Part shown: piece after piece, positions 1-8,876 of the stretch
Layout: every line of letters starts with the position of its first letter
How positions within the stretch are numbered: the stretch's first letter is position 1
From: Gemmatimonadales bacterium
GTDB lineage: Bacteria > Gemmatimonadota > Gemmatimonadetes > Gemmatimonadales > GWC2-71-9
Direction of reading: 5' to 3'
Assembly (NCBI GenBank): GCA_039794085.1
Contig: JBDIWC010000065.1
Coordinates: forward strand, 1-18,835
Length of the DNA stretch: 18,835 nt
The notes under the pieces: model-generated
The model's database searches: none
What the model was told of the DNA's origin: nothing
The model's input: only the letters and a program-made list of their open reading frames with translations
Position numbers and translations under genes: made by a program

Positions 1-430
1 TCCCTGAGCGTTCTCCTGGGCCCCCAGTCTTCACACGTCGAACTTCGCACTTCACACTTCTCCCATGGACCCCGGCATGCGCCGGGGTGACGTTCCGATG
101 TACGCTCGGGACCCGGCTCTTCTTCGCGCCTTCGCGTCTTCGCGTGAGTTCCCTGCACAATCCCTGAGCGTTCTCCTGGGCCCCCAGTCTTCACACGTCG
201 AACTTCGCACTTCACACTTCTCCCATGGACCCCGGCATGCGCCGGGGTGACGTTCCGATGTACGCTCGGGACCCGGCTCTTCTTCGCACCTTCGCGTCTT
301 CGCGTGAGTTCCCTGCACAATCCCGAGCGCTCTCCTGGGCCCTCAGTCTTTCACACTTCGAACTTCGCACTTCACACTTCTCCCATGGACCCCGGCATGC
401 GCCGGGGTGACGCTCCGATGTAGGCCCGGG
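1..430. repeat. Tandem ~160-bp composite repeat (2 near-identical units plus a third diverged partial unit; runs off the window start)
   Basis: Units start at 1, 161 and 321; units 1 and 2 differ at one position by eye (128 vs 288). Each unit holds a REP-like palindrome ATGGACCCCGGC-ATGC-GCCGGGGTGACG (65-92, 225-252, 385-412) and CTTCRMA-type heptamers; the two full units also hold CTTCGCGY octamers. The same unit recurs at 9111-9682. Confidence 0.93.
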
Positions 431-443
431 ATGACGGTTCCGT

Positions 444-506
444 GGTCATTGATCATTGATCATTGATCATTGGTCATTGGTCATTGGTCATTGGTCATTG
501 GTCATT
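444..506. repeat. Heptamer tandem array (GRTCATT)x9
   Basis: Read directly: GGTCATT, GATCATT x3, GGTCATT x5, ending about 95 bp upstream of the S9 peptidase start. Confidence 0.95.
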
Positions 507-601
507 GCTCAACCATCTGCCGCCTCGCAGCGTATCTTCTCTCAGGGGCCGTGCCCCTGGTGTGACCTCGCAACCCGATTCACCCCCGCATTGAGGCCTG
601 C

Positions 602-3313
602 ATGACCTTTTTCCGGCACTCCACCCGCTCGGCGGTCCTTGGCTTGGCCCTGACCGCCATCCTCGCCGTCACCAGCTTCCAACCGCTTGGCGCCCAACAG
701 GATGCCGAATCACGCCTGGCCCAGGCCCGCGCCACCCTCGCCCTCGAATCGTACGCCAAACCGGCGCCCGAAGTGGCCTCGCTGGTCACGGCGCCCCGGC
801 ATCTGAATGTCTCCCTCACCAACCCAAGCCCCGACCGGACCCGGTTTCTGAAGGAGCAGAGCGAGGGCCTTCCGAGTGTGAACGTCTTCGGCAAGAAGCA
901 CTATTACTTTGCCGGCCTCCAGGTCGATCCCGCCGCCAACCGGGCCCGGACACTGACCACACGCGGCGCGGCGGGCCTTCAGTTCATCGACGCCACCACC
1001 GGCGCCACGACCACGGTGCAGATCCCGACCGGGGCCACCGTCAGCAGCGCCACCTGGTCCCCGGCGGGCAGGCAGCTCGCCTTCATCGCCAATTTCGAAA
1101 CGGCCTCCCACGTCTACGTGGCCGACGCCGCCACCGGACGCTCCCGCCAGGTGACCCGGACCCCGCTCCTCGCCACCGCCGTCACCTCGATCGACTGGAC
1201 CGCCGACGGCCGCCACGTCATCGCCGTGGTGCTTCCGGCGGGACGGGGCGCCGAGCCCGAGCGGCCGGCCATCGCGACCGGGCCCCAGGTTCGGCTCTGG
1301 ACCGATGGGAAGGAGGCCGACGAGCGGAACTGGGCCAGCCTCCTCGAGGATCCCTTCGATGTCACCTTGATGGAATACTTCGTGACCGGGCAGCTCGTCC
1401 TGGTGGATGTGCAGAGCCGGAGCGAAACCCGGATCGGGGCCCCGGCCATGATCAAGAGTGTGGACGCCTCACCTGACGGCCAGCACTTCCGGGTCACCAC
1501 GCTCCAGAAGCCCTTCTCCTATGTCGTTCCCTGGAACGACTTCGGCACCCGGGAGGAGATCTGGAACCGGGAGGGTACGGTGTTGGCGGAAATTGCCAAG
1601 CGGGACACCCGGGCGGCCAATGACACCACCCGCGGCCCCTTCGGGCAGGGCGGCCAGGATGCCCGGCGCAACCTCAGCTGGATGCCTCAGGGCGCGGGCC
1701 TCTTCTACATCGCCTCCCCGCCACGGGACACCACCGCCGCCAACGGAAATGGGAATGGAGACGCCGCCGCTCCCCCCGCCCGCGGTGGCCGGCCCGGTGG
1801 TGCCACCCGTGCCGACCGCCTGGTGCGCTGGGTCCCCCCCTTCGGCGAGGCCGACACCAGCACCATCTACACCCACAACGGCCCGATCAGCGAGGTCGCC
1901 TTCACCGATGATGCCACCGGCCTCTTCGTCGCCTCCACGCGAAGCGGAGTCGGCGAGATCGTGCATGTGAGCCTCGACACTCCCGACACGCGCCACACCA
2001 TCGCGCGACTGCGGGGATGGACCCCGGGCTTCACCGGCGACGGGGCCGGGCGCGGCTTCGGCGGATTCGGGCGGCGCGGAGGAAGCCCCGGCGATTCGAC
2101 CTCCTTTTATGAGAACCCCGGCTCCATGCTGGTCCGGCGGGGCACCAATGGCGGGCCGGTGGCCATGGTGTCCGAGGACGGCGCCGTCTTCCTGTCGGGC
2201 ACGCGCCATCACCGGAACTGGCAGGAGAACGCCCCGCGCGCCTTCGTCGACAAGGTGACTATCGCCACCGGCGACAAGACCCGCCTCTTCGAGGGCTCGG
2301 CCGAGGCGTACGAAACCGTGGGCACCCCGCTCGACGACAACTTCTCCCGGTTCATCGTGACCCGGGAATCCCCGACCCAGGTTCCCAACGCCTTCCTGCG
2401 GACCGCCGCCACGGGCGCGGAACGGCAACTCACCGAGAACGTCGACCGGGCGCCCGCCTTCACCAGGGCCATCCGGAAGCGCGTGTTTGTCACCCGCGCC
2501 GACGGCATCAAGTTCCTGGTCAACGTCACCCTCCCCGCCGATTACACCGAAGGGACCCGGCTCCCCGGCATGTTCTGGTTCTATCCCTACGAGTACACCA
2601 GCCAGGGGGAGTACGACCGGACCCTCCGCACCGAGAACATCAACCGCTTCCCCACGTCGGGCACGCGCACCATCGAGTATCTGGTCACCCAGGGGTACGC
2701 GGTCGCCAACTTCGACCCGCCCATCATCGGTGAGCAGGGCCGGATGAACGACAACTACGTGGCCGATCTCCGCATGAATCTCCTCGCCGTCATCGACGAA
2801 CTCGACCGGCAGGGGTACATCGACCGGACCCGGCTCGGGCTCGGCGGCCACAGCTACGGGGCCTTCAGCACCGCCAATGCCATGGTGCACACGCCGTTCT
2901 TCAAGGCGGGAATCGCGGGAGACGGGATGTACAACCGGACCCTGACGCCCAACGGCTTCCAGAGCGAACGGCGGAATCTCTGGAGCGGGCAGCGCACCTA
3001 CCTCGAGCTCTCCCCCATGCTCTACGCCGAGCGGTTGCAGGGAGCGTTGCTGATGTATCACGGGATGGAGGACCAGAACGTCGGCACCGCGCCGATCAGC
3101 TCGATCCGGATGATGCAGGCGCTTCGGGCCGAGGGGAAGACGGCCGCCCTCTACATGTACCCGTACGAGGATCACGGCCCGGCCACGGAGGAGACCCTGC
3201 TCGATCTCTGGGCCCGGTGGACCGCGTGGCTCGACGTCTACGTGAAGCACGCCGGCGAGCAGCCGAAGAAGGAGACGGTCGCCGTGACCGGAACGGAGCC
3301 CGCCTCGCCCTGA
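602..3313 (+). CDS. Secreted S9 (prolyl oligopeptidase family) serine peptidase with beta-propeller and alpha/beta hydrolase domains
   Basis: 903 aa. Signal peptide (basic N-terminus, hydrophobic core, probable cleavage at LGA-QQ). TolB-like WSPAG/WTADG/ASPDG propeller repeats. Nucleophile GHSYG, Asp in HGMEDQNV, His in YEDHG. GAGG upstream of the ATG. Confidence 0.93.
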   Translation: MTFFRHSTRSAVLGLALTAILAVTSFQPLGAQQDAESRLAQARATLALESYAKPAPEVASLVTAPRHLNVSLTNPSPDRTRFLKEQSEGLPSVNVFGKKHYYFAGLQVDPAANRARTLTTRGAAGLQFIDATTGATTTVQIPTGATVSSATWSPAGRQLAFIANFETASHVYVADAATGRSRQVTRTPLLATAVTSIDWTADGRHVIAVVLPAGRGAEPERPAIATGPQVRLWTDGKEADERNWASLLEDPFDVTLMEYFVTGQLVLVDVQSRSETRIGAPAMIKSVDASPDGQHFRVTTLQKPFSYVVPWNDFGTREEIWNREGTVLAEIAKRDTRAANDTTRGPFGQGGQDARRNLSWMPQGAGLFYIASPPRDTTAANGNGNGDAAAPPARGGRPGGATRADRLVRWVPPFGEADTSTIYTHNGPISEVAFTDDATGLFVASTRSGVGEIVHVSLDTPDTRHTIARLRGWTPGFTGDGAGRGFGGFGRRGGSPGDSTSFYENPGSMLVRRGTNGGPVAMVSEDGAVFLSGTRHHRNWQENAPRAFVDKVTIATGDKTRLFEGSAEAYETVGTPLDDNFSRFIVTRESPTQVPNAFLRTAATGAERQLTENVDRAPAFTRAIRKRVFVTRADGIKFLVNVTLPADYTEGTRLPGMFWFYPYEYTSQGEYDRTLRTENINRFPTSGTRTIEYLVTQGYAVANFDPPIIGEQGRMNDNYVADLRMNLLAVIDELDRQGYIDRTRLGLGGHSYGAFSTANAMVHTPFFKAGIAGDGMYNRTLTPNGFQSERRNLWSGQRTYLELSPMLYAERLQGALLMYHGMEDQNVGTAPISSIRMMQALRAEGKTAALYMYPYEDHGPATEETLLDLWARWTAWLDVYVKHAGEQPKKETVAVTGTEPASP

Positions 3314-3402
3314 ACCGCGAGCCGGACCCGACGATCCGGGACCGCGGCGCCGTCACCACGAGGCGCCGTTGTCGTTCCCGCCCTTCTCCCCCAATTTCCG
3401 GC

Positions 3403-4155
3403 ATGCCCTCCTCCGGCGCCGACCCCACCGACGCTCCCTTCCCCGCCACTCGCCACTCGGTACTGGAGCGGCTGGACAGCGGGGACGATTCCCTCCGTGA
3501 CAGCGCTCTCAACCACCTGGCAACGGTGTACTGGCGGCCGGTCTATGGCCACCTCCGGCTCCGCTGGCATCGTACCCCTGAGGATGCCGAGGATCTGACC
3601 CAGGAGTTCTTCGCGCGGGTGACCGACGGCACCCTCCTCCGGGCCTATGACCCGAGCCGTGCCCGGTTCCGCACCTATCTCCGGGGCTGCGTGGATCACC
3701 TCGCCGCCAACGCGCTCCGGGCCGAACGACGCCACAAGCGAGGGGGAGGAGTTCACCCCCTTCCGCTCGACTTCGAGGGAGCCGAACGGGACTTCGTGAG
3801 GGCGGGACAGGTGACCGAGGCGGACGCCGACCGGCAGTTCCACCACGAGTGGGTCCGCGGGCTGTTCGCAGTGGCGGTGGCTTCGCTGCGCGACAGCACT
3901 TCCGGGACTCCCCGGGAGGTGCGATTCCGCATCTTCGAGCAGTACGACCTGGCCCACGCCGACCATGACTCCCGACCTACCTATCAGACCATTGCGAATC
4001 ATTTCGACCTGCCGGTGACCCAGGTCACCAACCACCTCGCCTGGGCGCGACGGGAATTCCGATGCCTGCTGCTGGAACACCTGCGGGCTCTGTCGGGAAG
4101 CGAGGAGGAGTTCCGGGAGGAGGCGAGGGCCCTTCTGGGAGTGGACCCCCCGTGA
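3403..4155 (+). CDS. ECF-type sigma-70 factor (kinase-associated type)
   Basis: Same frame as ORF 3217..4155; ATG 3403 chosen to avoid overlap with the peptidase. N-terminal FPATRHS motif, sigma2 (YWRPVY...EDAEDLTQEFF...RFRTYL) and sigma4 HTH (TYQTIANHFDLPVTQVTNHLAWARREF). Its stop overlaps the kinase start. Confidence 0.88.
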   Translation: MPSSGADPTDAPFPATRHSVLERLDSGDDSLRDSALNHLATVYWRPVYGHLRLRWHRTPEDAEDLTQEFFARVTDGTLLRAYDPSRARFRTYLRGCVDHLAANALRAERRHKRGGGVHPLPLDFEGAERDFVRAGQVTEADADRQFHHEWVRGLFAVAVASLRDSTSGTPREVRFRIFEQYDLAHADHDSRPTYQTIANHFDLPVTQVTNHLAWARREFRCLLLEHLRALSGSEEEFREEARALLGVDPP

Positions 4156-5114
4156 CCTCCCTCAGCGACCACGCCGTGTCGCGACTCCGGGCCCTGCTCG
4201 GCGCGCCTTCCGTGGACGGAGGCCGCTACGCGATTGCCGAGGAGATCGGTCGAGGGGGCATGGGGACGGTCTATCGGGCGCACGATACGATGCTCGACCG
4301 GGACGTGGCCCTCAAGGCGTTGCGACCGGACCTCCCCGGTGAGCATTACGCGGATCGCCTGCGGGCCGAGTCGCGCGTGCTGGCCCGGCTGGAACACCCG
4401 GGAATCGTTCCGGTCCACGACGCCGGGGTTCTCTCCGACGGCCGGCACTTCTACGTCATGAAACTGGTTCACGGGGAGCCGCTCGACCGCTACGCGTCCC
4501 GCGTCTCCCTGCCGGAGTCGCTCCGGACCCTCCTCCGCGTCTGCGACACCATCGGCTTTGCGCATGCGCGCGGTGTCATTCATCGCGATCTCAAGCCGGC
4601 CAACATCATGGTCGGCCGGGACGGGGAGGTGCTGGTTCTCGACTGGGGCATCGCCCGGACCCCCGCGGGCGACCACGGCAGTGATGCGTCGGCGGCGCCT
4701 CTCCCCGTTGACGCCGGGAACACCGCCCCGGGAACCGTGCTCGGCACCCCGGGATACATGGCGCCGGAACAGGCCGGGGGCGACCCCGATTCCCTTGACC
4801 ATCGCGCGGACATCCACGCGCTCGGAGTCATCCTTCGCGGCCTGATCCTGTCCCGAGCCCCGCGACAGGAGACCCGGCCACTCGAGTCGATCGCCCGGAA
4901 GGCCAGCGCTCCCGATCCCACCGCTCGCTACCCCGATGTGGCGACCCTGGCCCACGACATCACCAACTATCTCGATGGATTCCCGGTCTCGGCGCATCGG
5001 GAAAGCATGACCGAGCGCGTGGGCCGGGTGTACAGAGCCTACCAGACCCCGATTCTCCTCGTCCTGGCGTACCTGGTGATGCGGCTCCTCTTCTTCGCCA
5101 GCCGGCGCATCTGA
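4152..5114 (+). CDS. Hanks-type Ser/Thr protein kinase with a C-terminal transmembrane anchor
   Basis: GTG at 4152 overlaps the sigma TGA (GTGA). Motifs IGRGGMGTVY, VALK, HRDLKPAN, DWG, GTPGYMAPEQ. Hydrophobic tail PILLVLAYLVMRLLFFA followed by SRRI. Confidence 0.92.
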   Translation: MTSLSDHAVSRLRALLGAPSVDGGRYAIAEEIGRGGMGTVYRAHDTMLDRDVALKALRPDLPGEHYADRLRAESRVLARLEHPGIVPVHDAGVLSDGRHFYVMKLVHGEPLDRYASRVSLPESLRTLLRVCDTIGFAHARGVIHRDLKPANIMVGRDGEVLVLDWGIARTPAGDHGSDASAAPLPVDAGNTAPGTVLGTPGYMAPEQAGGDPDSLDHRADIHALGVILRGLILSRAPRQETRPLESIARKASAPDPTARYPDVATLAHDITNYLDGFPVSAHRESMTERVGRVYRAYQTPILLVLAYLVMRLLFFASRRI

Positions 5115-5193
5115 AAAGCATCCACCAGTGCCGTTCCCTGAAAGCGGATCCATGCTCTCCCCAATGCCGGATGTTTCGGAGCTTGTCGGAGGA

Positions 5194-5359
5194 ACCACGA
5201 AAAGCACGAAAAGGCACGAAAGCATAATGTGGCTGCTCCGGAGTTCACGTGGATCGGCTTTGGCGCAGCCCGCGAGCGAGAGCGGATCACGCACAGGCGC
5301 GGGGCCGCCGGAGGGGGAAAAAGTCAACCACTTTCGTGTTCTTTCGTGTATTTCGTGGT
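5194..5359. repeat. Paired 29-bp imperfect inverted repeats built from CACGAAA modules
   Basis: ACCACGAAAAGCACGAAAAGGCACGAAAG (5194-5222) pairs with CTTTCGTGTTCTTTCGTGTATTTCGTGGT (5331-5359), 108 bp apart. A degenerate REP-like hairpin follows at 5375-5399. Confidence 0.85.
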
Positions 5360-5507
5360 GAAATACCACTGAAGGGATCCCCGCGTATGCGCGAATGACC
5401 GGAATCGTTTCTCATCCATCGCTCTGAGTTCCGTAAAGGATCCCGTCGATCACGGGTAACAGAACTTCAGCCGGACGTGACAACCCCTCTTTCCTGGAGA
5501 TCCCACG

Positions 5508-5873
5508 ATGAGCAAACCCCTGCTTGGACTTCTGCTTGGCGGCATTCTCGGAGCGCTGGACGGACTCACCGCCCTCCTCTCCGCCCCGGAGGTGGCTCCC
5601 CAGATCATGGGAATAGTCATCGGCTCCATGGGGAAGGGACTGGTTGCGGGGGTGCTGATCGGATGGTTGTCCCGGAAGTACGACAGCCTGGCCGTCGGGC
5701 TTCTGGGCGGCCTCGTCATCGCGGCCCTGATGGCCCTCCCCTTTGCGATCGCCAGGGACCCGGCCACGGGTCAACGGTACTTCTGGGAGATCATGATCCC
5801 CGGATCGATCGTTGGCCTGATCGTGGGGTACGCCACCCAGCGATACGGCCGCCCGCGTCGTGTCAGCGCCTGA
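5508..5873 (+). CDS. Small Gly-rich integral membrane protein (~4 TM), function unknown
   Basis: 121 aa with four hydrophobic Gly-rich segments; GGAG ribosome-binding site upstream of the ATG; 35 bp upstream of the VOC gene. Confidence 0.82.
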   Translation: MSKPLLGLLLGGILGALDGLTALLSAPEVAPQIMGIVIGSMGKGLVAGVLIGWLSRKYDSLAVGLLGGLVIAALMALPFAIARDPATGQRYFWEIMIPGSIVGLIVGYATQRYGRPRRVSA

Positions 5874-5908
5874 ACCCGTCACCATCACACCCCTCACGAG
5901 GACCCACC

Positions 5909-6280
5909 ATGCCACGCCCCATACATTTCGAGATCCCCGCCGACAACCCGGACCGGGCCATCGCCTTCTATCAGAGCGTTTTCGCCTGGACCTTCCAGAA
6001 GTGGGAGGGTCCGATGCCGTATTGGCTGGTCCAGACCGGAACCGAGGGCCCCGGAATCGACGGTGGCCTCCTGCCCCGGCAGCAGCCGGGCCAGGTGCCG
6101 GTGAACACCATCGACGTCCCCTCCTGCGATGACTTCGTCCGGAAGATCGAGGCCGCGGGGGGTACGGTGGCGGTTCCGAAGATGGCGATCCCCGGCATCG
6201 GCTGGCTCGCCTACTGCCTCGACCCGGAAGGGAACATGTTCGGGATCATGGAGTCGAGCCCGGAGGCGGGAAGTCATTGA
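5909..6280 (+). CDS. VOC family (glyoxalase/bleomycin resistance) protein
   Basis: ATG 5909 with GAGGA RBS, in the frame of ORF 5477..6280. IHFEIPADNPDRAIAFYQSVFAW...GIDGGL...AAGG...IPGIGWLAYCLDPEGNMFGI is a typical VOC pattern. Confidence 0.92.
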   Translation: MPRPIHFEIPADNPDRAIAFYQSVFAWTFQKWEGPMPYWLVQTGTEGPGIDGGLLPRQQPGQVPVNTIDVPSCDDFVRKIEAAGGTVAVPKMAIPGIGWLAYCLDPEGNMFGIMESSPEAGSH

Positions 6281-6389
6281 TCCGACCACAAAAGAGGTGA
6301 TGCCTACTTCGTGGTGAACTGCCATGTCCCCGCCAAGGTGCGGAGCCGCGGAGGACGTGAGTCATCGATGACGGGTGAGCGGCGATTTT

Positions 6390-6713
6390 CTAGCGGCGAG
6401 TCGCAGCGGGGCCGAAACGATCGTTGATCCATCGCGTGACGAGTCGCATCGCCGCGGGTGCGAAGGTTTCGGGGATCTCCCGATACTCGCTCATCGTACC
6501 GGTGCGGCTCGGCTGGAACATGTGATTGAGCCCCGGGAGCTCGACAACCGTGACGTCGGGATTCGCGGCGAGAGCCTGCCGGATGGCGGGAAGGTTTTCC
6601 GCCGAGACCACCTGCCGGTCGAGCGACCCGCCGAGCGCAAGCACGGGAACCCGCAGGCGCGCCAGGGTCGGAGCAGGGTCGTACCGAAGGAAGTAGCGCA
6701 TCCAGGGCGCGAG
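6390..6713 (-). pseudogene. C-terminal remnant of an alpha/beta hydrolase
   Basis: APWMRYFLRYDPAPTL...VPVLALGGSLDRQV...LPGLNHMFQ keeps the catalytic Asp and His regions but has no GxSxG serine. An in-frame TAG at 6714-6716 lies directly upstream, and there is no room for the N-terminal part before the M28 stop at 6782. Confidence 0.78.
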
Positions 6714-6781
6714 CTAATTATCGAACTATTGTCAAGTCGGAGAAAGCTCCGAGTTTCGAGTGGCGACGGCCGTCGCCCGTG

Positions 6782-8317
6782 CTACCACGGCACCTTGCCG
6801 CTCGCGTGGTACGGATCGGTCCAGACCGGCCTGCTCGGGTCGTTGGCGACCACCGTCACGATCTCGTACGCGTAACGCGCCACCCGACCGAGCCAGTCGA
6901 AGTCGATCACCTCGAATTCGTCCGCGGGAGCGTGGTAATATGCATTCAGTTTGCCGCTGTAAAGATGCACGCTCGGCACGCCGCGCCGTGCAAAGCTGTA
7001 CTGGTCGCTGCTGGAGAAGGTTGCGTGGGGAAGAAAGGACGGCCTGATTCCGACATTCGCACGGGTCGCCGCCTCTTCTGCCACGGCGCCGAGCGTAGAC
7101 CAGGCACCACCGAGCACGGCCATCGAATCCGGCCACGCCGCGCGCCCGACGCCGTCGATATTGATGTTCGCCACGAACCGGTCGATTGGCGTGCTCCTGC
7201 TGCCGACGAAATAATCACCACCCCAGTGCCCCACCTCCTCCCCGCTCGTCGCCACGAACAGCACCGACCGGAGCGGGGCCTCACCGCGGGCGCCCATCTG
7301 CCGGGCCACCGCCAGTAGTACGGCAACACCGGACGCGTTGTCATCGGCGCCATTGTAGATGCTGTCGCCCTCGACCGGCGTGCCGACGCCGAGGTGATCC
7401 AGATGCGCGCTCACGACCACGTATTCATCTCGCCGGGCCGGGTCCCTGCCGGGAATCACGCCAGCCACCACAGGTGCGGTTGCCTGCGCTAGCTGCCGAC
7501 GCGGCCCAACGACCCGCATCCGTTGACCGGTCAACCGTCGCACGGTGAACGGCCCGGTCGTGTCGGCCAGGACTGCGTTGAGGTCGATGCCCTGCGCGGA
7601 CAGCACCGGCGCCATCGGGTCCGGCCGCATGACGAAGATGCCGTGACTCACGCGCACCGGCGGGCGCAGATCGAGCGGGTCAATGCCGAGTCCCCAGCGC
7701 CGTGACGGCGGACGCGTGTTCAACGCGTTCATTATCGAGTCCGACACGTCGGAGACGAAAACCATCGCATGCGGATTTCCCGCCATCACCGGTCCCGAGA
7801 CCTGAGTGATCCGGTCGAGCCCGTGGAGGGTGGCACGCGGGATCACCAGCATAGCCGTCGACAGGTCGACATGCGCGAGCGCGGAATCCGTGATGCGGCC
7901 CGTCAGCAGAACGACCTCCCCCTCCACGTCCGCCGGCCCGCCATGATCGTTCAGCAACACTAATGTCGGTCCGAGCCGGAGCGGTGCGTACGGCGGAAAG
8001 GAAACCGACACCTGCTGTGGGATGATCTCGGTCTCCGCGAGGGGATAGTTGTGCACGAAGTCACCGCCCTGGAAGGGCTGTGCTCCCGCCGCCGCCAGCT
8101 CCGCTGCGACATAACGCGCTGCCGCATCCAACCCCGGTGATGGCGTGCCCCGGCCTCGCAGCGAATCGTGCGCCAGCACACCGATGTCCTCGCGCAGCTG
8201 GAGCTCCAGCGAAGGCCCCCCCAGCTCCGCCGGATGGGTCGGACGGGCGCACGTGCCCGTCAACGCCACGATCAACGCGAGAGCGGGAAGGGTGTCGATC
8301 CGTGGGGTATTCATCAT
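6782..8317 (-). CDS. Exported M28 family metallopeptidase with a PA-like insert
   Basis: 511 aa. Hydrophobic N-terminal signal with a Cys; GRGTPSPG; zinc-ligand motifs SAHLDH, GADDNASG, GEE, NIDGVG, SSDQYSF, YYHAPAD. Confidence 0.92.
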   Translation of the reverse strand: MMNTPRIDTLPALALIVALTGTCARPTHPAELGGPSLELQLREDIGVLAHDSLRGRGTPSPGLDAAARYVAAELAAAGAQPFQGGDFVHNYPLAETEIIPQQVSVSFPPYAPLRLGPTLVLLNDHGGPADVEGEVVLLTGRITDSALAHVDLSTAMLVIPRATLHGLDRITQVSGPVMAGNPHAMVFVSDVSDSIMNALNTRPPSRRWGLGIDPLDLRPPVRVSHGIFVMRPDPMAPVLSAQGIDLNAVLADTTGPFTVRRLTGQRMRVVGPRRQLAQATAPVVAGVIPGRDPARRDEYVVVSAHLDHLGVGTPVEGDSIYNGADDNASGVAVLLAVARQMGARGEAPLRSVLFVATSGEEVGHWGGDYFVGSRSTPIDRFVANINIDGVGRAAWPDSMAVLGGAWSTLGAVAEEAATRANVGIRPSFLPHATFSSSDQYSFARRGVPSVHLYSGKLNAYYHAPADEFEVIDFDWLGRVARYAYEIVTVVANDPSRPVWTDPYHASGKVPW

Positions 8318-8708
8318 TTGTGGTCTCGTGGTTTGTCGGCGAGTCCGCCGTACGCCGAGCTACGCCTCTCATTCCCGCCGGTCGCGGACCCGCCCAACCA
8401 TGCTGAATCAGGTCGGCCACGGCGTCTCACCCCCGACCACTCGTTGCGGATTCGAATCAGCACGGCTCGACGGCCACTCTCAAGACCTACGGGAGCAGCT
8501 CACCCAAGGTTTCACGGCACGTAGGTAGGCGGGGTCTCGCGTCCATGCGAAGAACACCCTGATTCACGAGTGACGGTTCACCCATGTTCATGGGGTGTCC
8601 AGGCGTACCGGATTTGGACACCCGCGGCCGGGTGACGACGACTGATCCGAGACTGCGGGGAGGAGGCACAAGGGACTATGGCACCGTCGGATGAGTCCAT
8701 GACGCCTT

Positions 8709-8876
8709 TTATCGTGCCGGCATCCTGGCGCGCTTCAGCTCCTGGACGGCCCGCTCCAACCCCGGATCCCTGCCTTGGCGGACATCGTCGACGGTCGGGT
8801 GGACCACGATGGCCGGAACCACACCGGTCTTGATGAGAGGGAGTCCGTCTGGGAGAAGCACGGCCCACGCCCCTCC
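8709..8876 (-). pseudogene. C-terminal remnant of an S41-like (tail-specific protease type) peptidase
   Basis: Not in the ORF track. Manual translation GGAWAVLLPDGLPLIKTGVVPAIVVHPTVDDVRQGRDPGLERAVQELKRARMPAR* resembles the S41 tail pattern PDG...GVxPDIxV...GRDPxLERA. In-frame TGA at 8877-8879 upstream. Confidence 0.6.

Noticed and set aside
52..410. Short ORFs inside the repeats (also 8809-9820)
   Set aside because: These are translations of repeat DNA with no independent coding evidence.
3345..3376. Hairpin CGGCGCC/GGCGCCG as a terminator of the S9 gene
   Set aside because: The 10-nt loop and poor U-tract make it too weak to call.
3217..3402. Extended N-termini in the ORF track (sigma 3217, kinase 4062, VOC 5477, WYL 10761, helicase 14879, nuclease 18061)
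   Set aside because: The first five overlap upstream genes, and all look non-protein-like. Downstream starts have an RBS, stop/start coupling or avoid the overlap.
1469..5369. Long - strand ORFs (1469..3250, 3238..4080, 3999..5369)
   Set aside because: Antisense shadows of the S9 peptidase, sigma factor and kinase.
5456..5480. GTAAC-N15-CGTGA as an ECF promoter for the membrane protein and VOC genes
   Set aside because: A short motif that could arise by chance; no second copy seen upstream of the sigma gene.
8487..8669. 60-aa ORF ending LPTCRETLGELLP as a HEPN/DUF86 remnant
   Set aside because: Only a vague tail resemblance; no RxxxxH motif.
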